A stretch of DNA of 63,401 bases, filler included. It is 5 parts of 5 records of this genome, joined end to end, with 100 filler letters (N's around TTAATTAATTAA, not from the genome) between each part and the next. Parts side by side here need not be neighbours in the genome. Positions count along the whole stretch, not along the records: positions 47,209 to 57,694 come from SRR20825019_138; positions 57,795 to 63,401 come from SRR20825019_151; 3 more parts are not named here. The stretch is one strand, 5' to 3'. Positions 49,388 to 59,854 of this stretch are shown one piece after another (positions within the stretch are counted from its first letter, which is position 1; every line of letters begins with the position of its first letter). Under the pieces are notes generated by a model, which searched no databases, was not told where the DNA came from, and worked only from the letters and a program-made list of their open reading frames with translations. The position numbers and the translations under genes were made by a program.

Positions 49388-51604
49388 TCAGTTACTGGCA
49401 AAGCTGCCGAGATGCTTGAAGGCAATCTGTAACATGACGGTTTGTTCCGGTTCGATATCGTCGTCTTCCAGCTCGCTTCTTTCATAGACAAGGCCGAATG
49501 TGAAGCACTCATCGGCATAAACCAGTCCTGTCGACGCGATCAGGGTGCGGTTCGCGTCGTCCGAGAAGTCCTGAACGATCCGTCCGTTTGCGCTCCAGAA
49601 ATCGCTCAATCTCACGGACCCGGAGATATCGAGCTGCTCTCTCTCCAGGAAAGTGGTGTCACCGGCGATGTCGTCGGAATTGGTTCCGTCGTCAAGCAGT
49701 ACATAGTCCGCGAGGATGGAGAAACGGGGATGCTGATAGCGCATGCCGATCTCGCTGCGGCGCGGGCTGAAATCATCCTTGTCTAGCCGGAAGCGGAGCA
49801 GGAAGTCGAATTGGTCATTCGGACTGACATGCACGCGGCCGACATAGTCGGAAAGATCGTCTTCCAGGCCGGATCCTACTTCGAAGGGGCCGTGTCCGTA
49901 GAACTGGTAGCTCTGGCCGAACAGCAGGGACGAAGAGCCGCCGCCATTGCCATAAACTCCCGTCTTGAAACCGTAATCGACACGGCTGCCGCTGGTTACC
50001 AGATCACTTCCGGTAAACCTGTTCATGCGAAACAGGTTGGTGTCGTCAAACAGGAAAGACTGGCTGTCTTCGTTTGAGATCTCGTCCGGATTGCCGCCAT
50101 CGGGTGCCAGTACGAGATTAACGATCGGCTCGACGGTCTGATGGTAATTCTCACTGGCCCGGGCCAGGGGATAACGCCAGTTCAGCCCCACCTGGGGAAA
50201 GAGCCGTCCGGTTTCCCCTTCTTCACCATTCGCAAGATCGTCAGTCTGGTAAAAGTCGCTGTCGAGCGTGGCGGTGAGGGTATAGATATCGCCGGCCGGA
50301 GCGATATAGGGCAGGGACCAGCCACTGCGTATGGCGATCTTCCTGCTATCCGCGCCGGTCTGGCGGGTGAGTGACATGGCCGTTGCATCCAGTTGGAACC
50401 GCCCGCCCGCTGAATCCGGCTCGCCGACAAAATTATATTCGAAAAGCGGGGCGACCGTCGGGGACCTGTCGCTGGAATCACCCGGGTTGAGGCCTTGGAA
50501 TTTCAGTGCTTCGACAGATGTATAGCTGCGTCCCCTGAAGCCTTCGGTATAGGCCCGGGTGGTCAGGACCTCACGGCTGTCGAGGCGATAGCGCCGCAGA
50601 TAGGTACGTCCGCTGGCTTGTTCGAGATCAAAGCCTCCACGCCATGTCCGGTCAAAATCGAAGCGCCCCTCAAGATCGACGCTGCCTTCGAGTTCCTGTT
50701 CACCGTTGTCGGCATTGTCGCCCTGCTGGTCGAGATAGCCACCAGTACCCTGAAAGTTGATCATGCCACTGGTGAATCGTTGCCTGTATCTGGCTTTCAG
50801 GATTCCGCCGTCTTCGGAATAGATGATCGGCATGAGCTCCAGGTCCTTGGACTCGTCAATCACCTGATAATAGGGCTGGCCATAGATGAAGCCGAGCTCG
50901 TTCGAGGTCCCGATCAGTGGGGCGAGGAAGCCGCTGCGCCGGTCCACTGTCGGGTCCGGGTGGGCCAGATAGGGCGTGTAAAGTACCGGAATACCAAACA
51001 TTTCCAGGGTTGCATCATTGTAAATGATGTCCTTGGCGACCTCATCATGCACGATCTTCCGGGCTTTGATCTGCCAGAGAGGAGCCCGTGACGGATCTTC
51101 CTTGCAGCTCTCGCACGGTGTGAAGACAGCGCGGGACAAGACCTTTTGCTGTTCCCTTGTGCGGACGCCCCGGTTTGCTGCAAGACGGGAGCCGTCCGTC
51201 ATGCGCAGACGAAGGTTATCGATGATGCCGGTCTTCAGCTCGTTATGCAGCTCCGCATAGTCGCTGAAGATGACTTCTCCCGTCGGCTCCAGCAGGGAGA
51301 TATTGCCGGTGGCGATCACGGTGTCTTCGCGCTGGTTGTAGATGACGCTGTCGGCCAGCAGGACGCGATCGTTTTGCGAAAGCTCTACATTGCCGCGCGC
51401 AGTAATGGTGCCGAGCGTTTCGTCATGGACCAACTCGTCAGCGACCATCAGTACGGGCTCTTCGCCGATGTCGCGTTCTTGAGCGTGGGCCTGCCGGGCG
51501 TCTGGTATCTGGGCACTGAAACAGGCTGCGGCGGCCAGGACATGCCAGCAAAATATGCCGAGATGGCGGCGTGTCCGGTTCCACAAACGAAGGCCCAGGA
51601 TCAT
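49388..51604 (-). CDS. lptD: LPS assembly outer-membrane protein LptD (start uncertain)
   Basis: ADELVHD, FTPCESC, PLWQIKA, HPDPTVDRRSGFLAP, NEDS, YADEC. Confidence 0.93.
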   Translation of the reverse strand: MILGLRLWNRTRRHLGIFCWHVLAAAACFSAQIPDARQAHAQERDIGEEPVLMVADELVHDETLGTITARGNVELSQNDRVLLADSVIYNQREDTVIATGNISLLEPTGEVIFSDYAELHNELKTGIIDNLRLRMTDGSRLAANRGVRTREQQKVLSRAVFTPCESCKEDPSRAPLWQIKARKIVHDEVAKDIIYNDATLEMFGIPVLYTPYLAHPDPTVDRRSGFLAPLIGTSNELGFIYGQPYYQVIDESKDLELMPIIYSEDGGILKARYRQRFTSGMINFQGTGGYLDQQGDNADNGEQELEGSVDLEGRFDFDRTWRGGFDLEQASGRTYLRRYRLDSREVLTTRAYTEGFRGRSYTSVEALKFQGLNPGDSSDRSPTVAPLFEYNFVGEPDSAGGRFQLDATAMSLTRQTGADSRKIAIRSGWSLPYIAPAGDIYTLTATLDSDFYQTDDLANGEEGETGRLFPQVGLNWRYPLARASENYHQTVEPIVNLVLAPDGGNPDEISNEDSQSFLFDDTNLFRMNRFTGSDLVTSGSRVDYGFKTGVYGNGGGSSSLLFGQSYQFYGHGPFEVGSGLEDDLSDYVGRVHVSPNDQFDFLLRFRLDKDDFSPRRSEIGMRYQHPRFSILADYVLLDDGTNSDDIAGDTTFLEREQLDISGSVRLSDFWSANGRIVQDFSDDANRTLIASTGLVYADECFTFGLVYERSELEDDDIEPEQTVMLQIAFKHLGSFASN

Positions 51605-51607
51605 TGA

Positions 51608-52702
51608 TCAACCATCCTCAAGATGAAGCAGACTGGCACAACCGAGCAGCGCGGTCACGGTTGCCGGTGTCCAGGCGGCAAGTACTTCCGGAATCCGGGC
51701 GGACAATCCCAGAGCGAAAACGAGATCGGAAGCGAAATAAAGAAAAAATCCGGTAAACAGGCCCGCGCTGACCCAGACCATGGTGCCCCCGCGCCGGGTC
51801 AGGCGGAGAGAGAAGGTGGCCGCAATCAACACCATTGCGCAGAGCAGCAATGGCGAGGCGAGCAGGGCATGCCAGTAGAGCCGGTGCCGGACTGCGGAAA
51901 AGCCGGCACTCTCCAGAATGGAGATGAATTTAGGCAGCTCCCAAAAGGACATGGTCTCCGGCGGTGAGAAGCTGTCCTGAATATTGTCGAGCGTGAGAGC
52001 GGTTGGCAGGCGATAAACGGGACGGGTTTCCGGAACGGCATTCTTGGTGGTCAGAATGACGTTGTTCATCTGCCAGAAACCGGATTGCAGCGTTGCTTCC
52101 GCGGCATCGACCCTGGCGTTGAAATTGTCCTCTCCCAGGAAGAACAGCACGGTCAGGCCGGAGAGGCTGGCTCCGTCCGAGGCAACGCCGGTGGCATGCA
52201 GGACAAAATGCCCTGTGCTGGTCTGTTCCCGGAGCCAGAGGCCGCCATCGGTCAGCGACAGGAAGTTGCCCTTGTCCCGCAGAATTTTGTTTTCGAGAGC
52301 CTCGTATTTGGCGGTCATGACAGAGGCCACCGGATTGAACACGGTGATCTTGAAGACACCGATCAAGAACGCGATCATGAGAGCGGGCAGCAGGAACTGC
52401 CAGACGGAGACGCCGGCGGCGCGGGCAACCACGAGTTCGTTCGAGCGTGTCATCCGGGTGAATGCCAGCATGGAGCCGAACAGGGTCGCGAAGGGCAGGA
52501 TGGTTTGCCCCATCTGGGGAGCTTTCAATGCCGCCATTTGTAACATCAGGGTCAGGGTCGCAAGCTCCTTGTCCGAGCCGCGCCGCAATAACTCGATGGC
52601 ATCAAGCAGATAGACGATCACCATGATGGCGAGGAAAGTGCCGAGTACCCAGAACAGGAACTGTTTGCCGAAATAGAGCGAGAGCGTGCCGGACCACTTC
52701 AT
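51608..52702 (-). CDS. lptG: LPS export ABC permease LptG
   Basis: NELVVARAAGVSVWQF, PETMSFWELP; lptF-lptG-lptD synteny. Confidence 0.92.
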   Translation of the reverse strand: MKWSGTLSLYFGKQFLFWVLGTFLAIMVIVYLLDAIELLRRGSDKELATLTLMLQMAALKAPQMGQTILPFATLFGSMLAFTRMTRSNELVVARAAGVSVWQFLLPALMIAFLIGVFKITVFNPVASVMTAKYEALENKILRDKGNFLSLTDGGLWLREQTSTGHFVLHATGVASDGASLSGLTVLFFLGEDNFNARVDAAEATLQSGFWQMNNVILTTKNAVPETRPVYRLPTALTLDNIQDSFSPPETMSFWELPKFISILESAGFSAVRHRLYWHALLASPLLLCAMVLIAATFSLRLTRRGGTMVWVSAGLFTGFFLYFASDLVFALGLSARIPEVLAAWTPATVTALLGCASLLHLEDG

Positions 52703-53823
52703 GCCGGTGATTCCTCGACGGGACTTGCGGGCGCTTTCGGGCGGCGTAACTTCTGGCGGGACAGGATGATCAGGCTGATCAGGATCGGTGCGATTGCGCT
52801 GCCATACATCAACGGCAGTAATCCGATCTCCTTGGCAGCGGCATATTTCGAGCCGAGAACGGCGGCCTGCACCAGCCCGACCAGCAGGATTGCAAGGATC
52901 AGACGTTTGCTCTGGCCCCGGCGGGAGAATTCACCCTTGAGAATGATCACGAGCCCGATCAGCGGCAAGGCGATACCGAGCAGTGGCGTGACCAGGCGGC
53001 TGTGTCCCTCGGCCTTGTATTTGAGGAAATTGCGGGGCTCGGTAATTTCCTCCGTCGGGTTGAGCAGCTCATCGACGAAAAGCTCATTCTGGTCGCGCGC
53101 CGTGCGTTGTACGGCATCGCCGATACCGCCGAGATCGACCGTGTAACGTTCGAAATAGAGGATATTTATCCGGCCGGTCGTTGTGTCGCGTGCTTGCCGG
53201 TTGCCATTGACCATCAGAACCTTGGGGGCTTTGCCGTCAAGGATCAGCGCGCCCCGTTCGGCCAGAAGGGTGACGGACTCTTTCTCGTCTCTGTCGTCCT
53301 GAACGATAATCCCGGCCAGCTCTCCGTCCGGCTGGCGTGCGCGGATGAAGACCGTCACGTCGTCCCCCATGGAGTTGAAGACTCCCTCGCGCAGCAGCAC
53401 GTTCGTGTAATTGTGCCGGATCTGGAATTGCAGCTCCTTGAAACCGCGGTAGGAGACCGGAATCAGATAGAGGCTGAGCAGATAGCCGAGCAATGTGACC
53501 AGGATGGAAACGATTATTGCCGGACGGGCAAGCCCCATTGGTCCGAGGCCGGACGCGGTGAGAACGACCAGCTCGCGATCGCTTGCCATCCGGCTATAGA
53601 CGAACATCGTCGACGCGAAACAGGCGATCGGCAACACCAGCGACAGCCAGGTCGGCATCAGCAGGACGGTGAAGTAGATGAATGTCGCGAGCGGTAGGCC
53701 CCGGTTCACGATCATGTCGATGAAACGCAGGGACTGGCTCAGCCAGATGACGCAGGTTAGCGAGACCACAACAATGATCATCGCGGCCAGTATCTGGCGA
53801 ATGACGTAGCGATCGATCCTCAT
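52699..53823 (-). CDS. lptF: LPS export ABC permease LptF
   Basis: MRIDRYVIRQ, WLSQSLRFID, DRELVVL, LREGVFN. Confidence 0.92.
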   Translation of the reverse strand: MRIDRYVIRQILAAMIIVVVSLTCVIWLSQSLRFIDMIVNRGLPLATFIYFTVLLMPTWLSLVLPIACFASTMFVYSRMASDRELVVLTASGLGPMGLARPAIIVSILVTLLGYLLSLYLIPVSYRGFKELQFQIRHNYTNVLLREGVFNSMGDDVTVFIRARQPDGELAGIIVQDDRDEKESVTLLAERGALILDGKAPKVLMVNGNRQARDTTTGRINILYFERYTVDLGGIGDAVQRTARDQNELFVDELLNPTEEITEPRNFLKYKAEGHSRLVTPLLGIALPLIGLVIILKGEFSRRGQSKRLILAILLVGLVQAAVLGSKYAAAKEIGLLPLMYGSAIAPILISLIILSRQKLRRPKAPASPVEESPA

Positions 53824-54063
53824 GATCCCGTTTGGCTGGTCGTGCCTAGGCGGGTTCTTGCGCAACCCGCATCGAAGGGCGCATGATAGCGATGTTTCAA
53901 GTGTTTCCAATCACGAACTTAATCAGGATGTAAGCAGCACAGGTTCGTTACCCGCGCATGCAGGGCTACCCGGCGGCACGGCGCCGGTGGAAGCCATATG
54001 GCCAGAACGCCAGACAATGCATCGCCTGATCGGGGCGAACTCTTGCTCAGAGGGAGAATCGGA

Positions 54064-55551
54064 ATGAAAGTTGGGTTTCAGAAACTGGCATTGCCGGCTA
54101 AGGGTGCGGTCGTTGTCGGTGTGATGGAGGGTAGTGTTCTGCTGCCGCTCGCCGCCGAGCTGGACGAGCAACTTGGCGGCCTGCTGTCCCGGGCAATGAA
54201 GGCAAACAAGTTTACCGGAAAGCCGAACCAGACACTCTCCGTGTTCGGGGCGACGGGCACGGTTCTCCTCTACGGGCTCGGTGACGGCAGCAAGGTCGAC
54301 GAGCTTTGGTCCGAGAATGCCGGTGGCTCCATCGTCGGTGCTCTGCTGGGGACGGGCGACAAGGAAGTGGCCGTGCTGTTCGAGCCGCATGGTGCTGACG
54401 GCGCCTTAGACGAAGGCGCGGCGGCACGGGCCGCCCGGCTGGCTTTCGGCGGACTGCTGCGCACCTACCGTTTCGACAAATACAAGACCAAGCAGAAGAA
54501 GGAAGACCTGCCAGTCTTGCAGAAGCTGACGGTCCTGACCGATGCCGCCACGGAAGCAAAGAAAGCCTTTGCCGGGCTGAGCGCCGTCGCGGACGGCGTG
54601 TTCATGGCCCGCGACCTCGTAAGCGAGCCGGCGAACGTGCTTTACCCGGTTTCCTACACCAAGCGCATCGAAGAGTTGTCCGAGCTCGGCGTGAAGATTG
54701 AGGTGCTGGACGAAAAGCAGATGGCGAAGCTCGGCATGGGCGCGCTGCTTGGCGTCGGCCAGGGTTCCGAACGTGAGAGCCGGATCGTCATCATGCGCTG
54801 GGACGGCGGGCCGAAGAAGCAGCAGCCGATTGCCTTTGTTGGCAAGGGCGTCTGTTTCGATACCGGCGGCATTTCCCTGAAGCCGGCCGGCGGCATGGAA
54901 GACATGAAGTGGGACATGGGCGGATCCGCAACCGTGGTTGGCCTGATGAAGGCGCTGGCGGGGCGGAAGGCGAAAGCGAATGTGATTGGCGTTGTTGGCC
55001 TGGTGGAGAACATGCCGGACGGCAATGCGCAGCGTCCGGGTGACGTGGTCACCTCCATGTCCGGGCAGACCATCGAGATCATCAACACTGATGCGGAAGG
55101 CCGGCTCGTTCTGGCCGATGCGCTCTGGTATACGCAGGATCGCTTCAAGCCGCAGTTCATGCTCGATCTCGCCACTTTGACCGGCGCCATCATGGTTGCC
55201 CTCGGTCAGGTCAATTGCGGGTTTTTCGCGAACGATGACGAGCTGGCGGGCAAGCTAGAGGCCGCCTCTAAGACCGCCGGCGAGAAGATCTGGCGGATGC
55301 CGCTCGGCGAAGAATACAACAAGATGATGGACAGCGACATCGCCGACATGAAGAACGCGGGCGCGCGCTGGGGCGGCAGTATCACCGCCGCCTGCTTCTT
55401 GGAGCGCTTCGTCAACGACCTGCCGTGGGTGCATATGGACATGGCTGGCATGGCCTGGTCCTCGAAGGAGTCTTCAACGGTACCGAAAGGCGGAACCGGT
55501 TGGGGCGTACGGCTTCTTAACGAGCTGGTGCAGGCGAATTACGAATCCTGA
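54064..55551 (+). CDS. pepA: Leucyl aminopeptidase (M17)
   Basis: VGKGVCFDTGG, MKWDMGG, NTDAEGRL, DLATLTGA; GGGAGA RBS; divergent from lptF. Confidence 0.95.
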   Translation: MKVGFQKLALPAKGAVVVGVMEGSVLLPLAAELDEQLGGLLSRAMKANKFTGKPNQTLSVFGATGTVLLYGLGDGSKVDELWSENAGGSIVGALLGTGDKEVAVLFEPHGADGALDEGAAARAARLAFGGLLRTYRFDKYKTKQKKEDLPVLQKLTVLTDAATEAKKAFAGLSAVADGVFMARDLVSEPANVLYPVSYTKRIEELSELGVKIEVLDEKQMAKLGMGALLGVGQGSERESRIVIMRWDGGPKKQQPIAFVGKGVCFDTGGISLKPAGGMEDMKWDMGGSATVVGLMKALAGRKAKANVIGVVGLVENMPDGNAQRPGDVVTSMSGQTIEIINTDAEGRLVLADALWYTQDRFKPQFMLDLATLTGAIMVALGQVNCGFFANDDELAGKLEAASKTAGEKIWRMPLGEEYNKMMDSDIADMKNAGARWGGSITAACFLERFVNDLPWVHMDMAGMAWSSKESSTVPKGGTGWGVRLLNELVQANYES

Positions 55552-55568
55552 CCGGCCCGGCGCTCCTT

Positions 55569-56021
55569 GTGATGACTGACATCAACTTCTACCATCTGAC
55601 GGCGCGTCCCCTGGAATGGGCTCTGCCGAAGCTGCTTGAAAAGTCGCTTCAGGCGGAGGCGCGCGTCGTCGTGATGGCGTCAAGCGAGGAGCGCGTCGCC
55701 GACCTCAATGCCCATCTCTGGACTTTCGATCAGGATAGCTGGCTGCCGCATGGCAGTGAAAAAGACGGGAATGCGGAGCTGCAGCCGATCTGGCTGACAA
55801 TCGCGGACGAGAATCCGAACCAGGCGCGCTTTCTGTTTCTGACGGACGGCGCTGTCTCGGGGCAAGTCGGTGATTATGAACGCGTGTTCGAGCTGTTCGA
55901 TGGCCGCAATGACGACGCAGTGAGAGCAGCACGAGCCAGATGGAAGGACTACAAGACCGCCGGTCATACGCTTGCCTATTGGCGGCAGACGGAAAGTGGC
56001 GGTTGGGAGAAGGCCGGCTGA
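55569..56021 (+). CDS. holC: DNA polymerase III chi subunit
   Basis: INFYHL, LPKLLEKSL, LWTFDQDSWLPHG, ARARWK. Confidence 0.93.
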   Translation: MMTDINFYHLTARPLEWALPKLLEKSLQAEARVVVMASSEERVADLNAHLWTFDQDSWLPHGSEKDGNAELQPIWLTIADENPNQARFLFLTDGAVSGQVGDYERVFELFDGRNDDAVRAARARWKDYKTAGHTLAYWRQTESGGWEKAG

Positions 56022-56061
56022 GTCCGGCTATGGATGACATAAACGAACCCTGGAGTAACAG

Positions 56062-57279
56062 GTGAAATACGATTTTGATCAGGAGATCCGGCGGACCGGG
56101 ACGAATTCCGTCAAGTGGCAGATCTATTGGCGCGGCGACAAGCGGGAGCTGTGGGAAGGCACGGATCCGGACCTGGGCGCCGAGCGGACCCTGCCGATGT
56201 GGGTGGCCGACATGGATTTCCCGATCGCGGAGCCGATCCGTGACGCCATGCGCGCCCGTATCGACCATCCGATCTTCGGTTATGTCGTCCGCACGCCGGA
56301 GTATAACGAGGCGATTACCGGCTGGATGGAGCGCCGTCACGGCTGGAAGGTCGAGCAGGATTGGATCGTCAATACGCCGGGGGTGGTGCCCGCGCTTAAC
56401 CTGCTGGTTCGGGCCCTGACCGAGCCGGGCGACAAGGTGCTGATCCAGCGCCCGGTCTATTATCCCTTCACCTATGCCATCGAGAATAACGGCCGTGAAG
56501 TCGTCTCCAACTCGCTGGTGATGGAAAATGGCGTCTACCGGATGGATTTCGACGACCTCGAAGCCAAGACGGCCGACCCCAAGGTGAAGCTCTGCGTCTT
56601 CTGCAGTCCGCACAACCCGGTCGGCCGGGTCTGGACCGCCGAAGAGCTGAAGCGGTTTGGCGAGATCTGCAAGAAGAATGGCGTTGTCGTGATCGCCGAC
56701 GAGATCCATGGCGATCTGATGCTGAATGGCTCCAAGTTCGTGCCGTTCGGGACGCTCGGCGCGGATATGATGGATAATGCGGTTGTCTGTACCGCCCCGT
56801 CGAAGACGTTCAATCTGGCCGGTCTGCACACGTCCAACATGATCGTCTCGAACGAGGCTTACCGGAAGGCGCTGAACAAGGAAATCGCTGCTTCCGGTAT
56901 TGGCGGCATGAACAGCTTCGGTCTGGTTGCCACCATGGCGGCCTATAACGAAGGCGAAGAGTGGCTGGCCCAGGTACTCGATTATCTGAGCGAGAACGCG
57001 AACTATCTCGAAAGCTTCGTGGCCGAGCGTATTCCGGAAATCAAGGTGGTGCATCCGGAAGGCACCTATCTGGTCTGGCTCGATTGCCGGGGACTTGGCC
57101 TCGACAAGCTGGAGCTTGAAGCCCTGATGCATGAAGAGGCGAAAGTCCTGTTCGACGAGGGCTATGTCTTCGGCACCGAGGGAGAGGGTTTCGAGCGCAT
57201 CAATATTGCCTGCCCGCGCTCCATCCTCACCGATGCGCTGGAGCGGATCGAGGCCGCGGTGGCGAAACGCCGCGCCTGA
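56062..57279 (+). CDS. MalY/PatB family PLP-dependent cystathionine beta-lyase-like enzyme
   Basis: PMWVADMDF, CSPHNPVGRVW, DEIHGD, APSKTFNLAG (PLP Lys), EGTYLVWLD, RINIACP. Confidence 0.9.
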   Translation: MKYDFDQEIRRTGTNSVKWQIYWRGDKRELWEGTDPDLGAERTLPMWVADMDFPIAEPIRDAMRARIDHPIFGYVVRTPEYNEAITGWMERRHGWKVEQDWIVNTPGVVPALNLLVRALTEPGDKVLIQRPVYYPFTYAIENNGREVVSNSLVMENGVYRMDFDDLEAKTADPKVKLCVFCSPHNPVGRVWTAEELKRFGEICKKNGVVVIADEIHGDLMLNGSKFVPFGTLGADMMDNAVVCTAPSKTFNLAGLHTSNMIVSNEAYRKALNKEIAASGIGGMNSFGLVATMAAYNEGEEWLAQVLDYLSENANYLESFVAERIPEIKVVHPEGTYLVWLDCRGLGLDKLELEALMHEEAKVLFDEGYVFGTEGEGFERINIACPRSILTDALERIEAAVAKRRA

Positions 57280-57448
57280 CCGGGCATTCGGGGCAATTAT
57301 TCAGGGCGGGGCAGGTCATCGCGTGGCTTGCCCCGTACCGCCCGCACCGCTATAAGGCGCGCGCCGGGCGCTTTTGCGCCCGCTTAGCTTTTTCAATCGA
57401 ATTTCGCGGATGGCCCCGGCCGTCCCGCAGAACCAGAAGAGAGATACA

Positions 57449-57694
57449 ATGGCCATTCAGCGCACTTTCTCCATCATCAAGCCGGACGCAACCGAGCGGA
57501 ACCTGACCGGCGGCGTCAACAAAATGATCGAAGAAGCGGGCCTGCGCATTGTCGCGCAGAAGCGCATCCAGATGACGCAGGCTCAGGCCGAAACCTTCTA
57601 CGCCGTGCACAGCGAGCGCCCGTTCTTCGGTGAGCTGGTTGAATTCATGATCTCCGCACCGGTTGTCGTGCAGGTCCTGGAAGGCGAAAACGCC
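57449..57694 (+). CDS. ndk: Nucleoside diphosphate kinase, truncated by contig end
   Basis: [29 protein letters not shown]. Confidence 0.95.
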
Positions 57695-57794
57695 NNNNNN
57701 NNNNNNNNNNNNNNNNNNNNNNNNNNNNNNNNNNNNNNTTAATTAATTAANNNNNNNNNNNNNNNNNNNNNNNNNNNNNNNNNNNNNNNNNNNN
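57695..57794. other. Artificial contig spacer
   Basis: N44-TTAATTAATTAA-N44. Confidence 0.98.
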
Positions 57795-57928
57795 TCAGGC
57801 GCGGTCGTCCGTCGCGGTGACATTCGAAAACGATGTTGCCGTGGACGTGTGGTCGAGCGAACCTGCTTTCCCACTCCTTCCCCACGGTGCTTTACGCCGG
57901 CTGCGGCCGGCCCGAATGGGGATTTGAT

Positions 57929-59854
57929 ATGAGAGATTTTATTGCTGCCGGCGTCGCCGCCGCGGTGCTTGCTTCCGCCGGACAGGCGGCGGCGCAGGAT
58001 GCCGTCGGGGGCGCTGCCACGGTTCTGGAACCGATCTATGTAACCACGCCGCTGCGTCGGCCCTCCACGATCGTGCAGTCCACCTCGACGGTCACGGTGG
58101 TCACCGAAGAGGATATCGAGCGCTCGGCCGCCCTCGATCTTCCTTCGCTCCTGAGGCGCTATCCGGGCGTCAATGTCACCACCAATGGCGGCATGGGCGC
58201 GAATGCCGGGATTACCTTGCGCGGCACGAATACCGGGCAGACCTTGGTGCTGGTCGACGGCATGCGGGTCGCATCCGCCACGGGTGGGGCGACCGCCATC
58301 GCCAATATTCCGCTTGCAAGCGTCGCGCGCGTCGAAATCGTCGAAGGCGCGCATTCGGCCCAGTGGGGCGCGGATGCGATCGGCGGCGTGGTCAATATCA
58401 TCACCAAGGATGGCAGCTTCTGCGAAAACGGCGCGTCGATCTGCTCCAGCGTGGAAACCGGCGTGACGTATCCCTGGGGCGGTTTCGGAACGCTGTCGAC
58501 CCGCGGCGTCACCGGTTCGGGGGTCGATTTCAACGTCGGCCTGTCGATCATCGGTACCGAAGGCTATGATTTCACCACGCCTTCCAATTCGGTCCATGAA
58601 CCGGGCCGCGACGGCTTTCTGCAGGGCGGGTTCAACTATTCGATCGGTAAGGACTTCACCTGGGGCCGGCTTTACTCGGAGGGCTTCTACGCCCGCTCAA
58701 ATCCGCAGTTCGACAGCGCGCCCTATGCCGACTGGATGACCGGCGACATGGTCTACGGGGCGAATGAGTCGATCCAGACCAATGCCGCTTTCAAGTTCGG
58801 CGCGGAATTCGACCATGCGGACGACTGGTCATCGGTGTTTGAACTCTATTCCGCCTTCGACTACCAGAAGAATTTCCGCGATGGCTATCCGGATGCCGAT
58901 ACCCATTACGATACCAATCGCTACGGTGTTTCCGGCTCGACCACCAAGGAAGTCGTGGCGGGCGAGGCGCTCAACATCCTCACGCTCGGGTTCGACGCCT
59001 ATCGCGAAACGGTGGATTCCTCCGTCGACTACACCGAGACGGCGCGCAATGTCGGCGCGTTCTACGGCCAGTACAGCCTCGAGCTTTCCGCCCTGACGGT
59101 CAATGCCGGCCTGCGCTACGACGCCGACGAGCAGTTCGGCGGCGCGCTGACCTACAATGCCGGCATCGGCTACGAACTGGTCGAGGGGCTGACGGCGCGC
59201 GCCTCGTTTTCCACGGGCTTCAACGCCCCGACCTTCAACGACCTTTATTGGGCGTTTGACGGTTCCTATGTCGGAAATCCCTATCTCGACCCGGAGACCT
59301 CGAAGAACTGGGAGGTTGGGCTGAACTGGGATTCCGGTGCGGGAAGCCTGGTCGACGTGGTCTATTACGAAAATTATATCGACGACATGATCGTCTTCGT
59401 CTCCGATCCGGTAACCTATATCGGAACCATGGAGAATATCGAGAAGGCCAAGGTCAGCGGCGTGCGCGCCATCTATTCGCAGGCCCTGCTCGATGACCGC
59501 CTCGGCCTCGATTTCGGCTTCGAATATCGCCTGCCCAAGAACGAGACCGATGACGAATATATCGCCGATCAGAACCGGCTGAAGCTGACGGCGGCGGCAA
59601 GCTGGCAGGCGACGGAGCGGCTCAATCTCAATGCCGATATCGAATATGTCGGCAGCCGCTGGACCAATGCATCCAGTTACAATCCGCAGCTCGGCGCCTA
59701 TACTCTGGTTGATGTTTCCGCGAATTACGCGGTGGATGACTTGTCAAATATCAAATTCGCGGTCGAAAATCTTTTTGACGAGGACTATCAGACGATCAAC
59801 GGCTATGTCGGTCCCGGCACAACCGTGACGCTTGCCTACCGAAGGACCTTCTAG
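57929..59854 (+). CDS. btuB: TonB-dependent receptor, BtuB-like (cobalamin)
   Basis: Signal peptide, plug domain (VTVVTEEDIE, LRG, LVLVDG, RVEIVEG, GADAIGGVVNIIT), APTFNDLY, GNPYLDPE, ENLFDEDYQ, C-terminal Phe. Confidence 0.8.
   Translation: MRDFIAAGVAAAVLASAGQAAAQDAVGGAATVLEPIYVTTPLRRPSTIVQSTSTVTVVTEEDIERSAALDLPSLLRRYPGVNVTTNGGMGANAGITLRGTNTGQTLVLVDGMRVASATGGATAIANIPLASVARVEIVEGAHSAQWGADAIGGVVNIITKDGSFCENGASICSSVETGVTYPWGGFGTLSTRGVTGSGVDFNVGLSIIGTEGYDFTTPSNSVHEPGRDGFLQGGFNYSIGKDFTWGRLYSEGFYARSNPQFDSAPYADWMTGDMVYGANESIQTNAAFKFGAEFDHADDWSSVFELYSAFDYQKNFRDGYPDADTHYDTNRYGVSGSTTKEVVAGEALNILTLGFDAYRETVDSSVDYTETARNVGAFYGQYSLELSALTVNAGLRYDADEQFGGALTYNAGIGYELVEGLTARASFSTGFNAPTFNDLYWAFDGSYVGNPYLDPETSKNWEVGLNWDSGAGSLVDVVYYENYIDDMIVFVSDPVTYIGTMENIEKAKVSGVRAIYSQALLDDRLGLDFGFEYRLPKNETDDEYIADQNRLKLTAAASWQATERLNLNADIEYVGSRWTNASSYNPQLGAYTLVDVSANYAVDDLSNIKFAVENLFDEDYQTINGYVGPGTTVTLAYRRTF

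Noticed and set aside
55705-57132. 475-aa minus-strand ORF
   Set aside because: It is a shadow of holC and the PatB-like gene.
57307-57335. Hairpin after the PatB-like gene, considered as an intrinsic terminator
   Set aside because: The stem needs G-U pairs and has no U tract, so support is too weak to call.
15318-57794. Four identical TTAATTAATTAA elements flanked by N runs, considered as a repeat family or recombination sites
   Set aside because: They are fixed 100-nt spacers with stops in all frames, and genes are cut on both sides. They are concatenation artefacts, so no synteny across them is meaningful.
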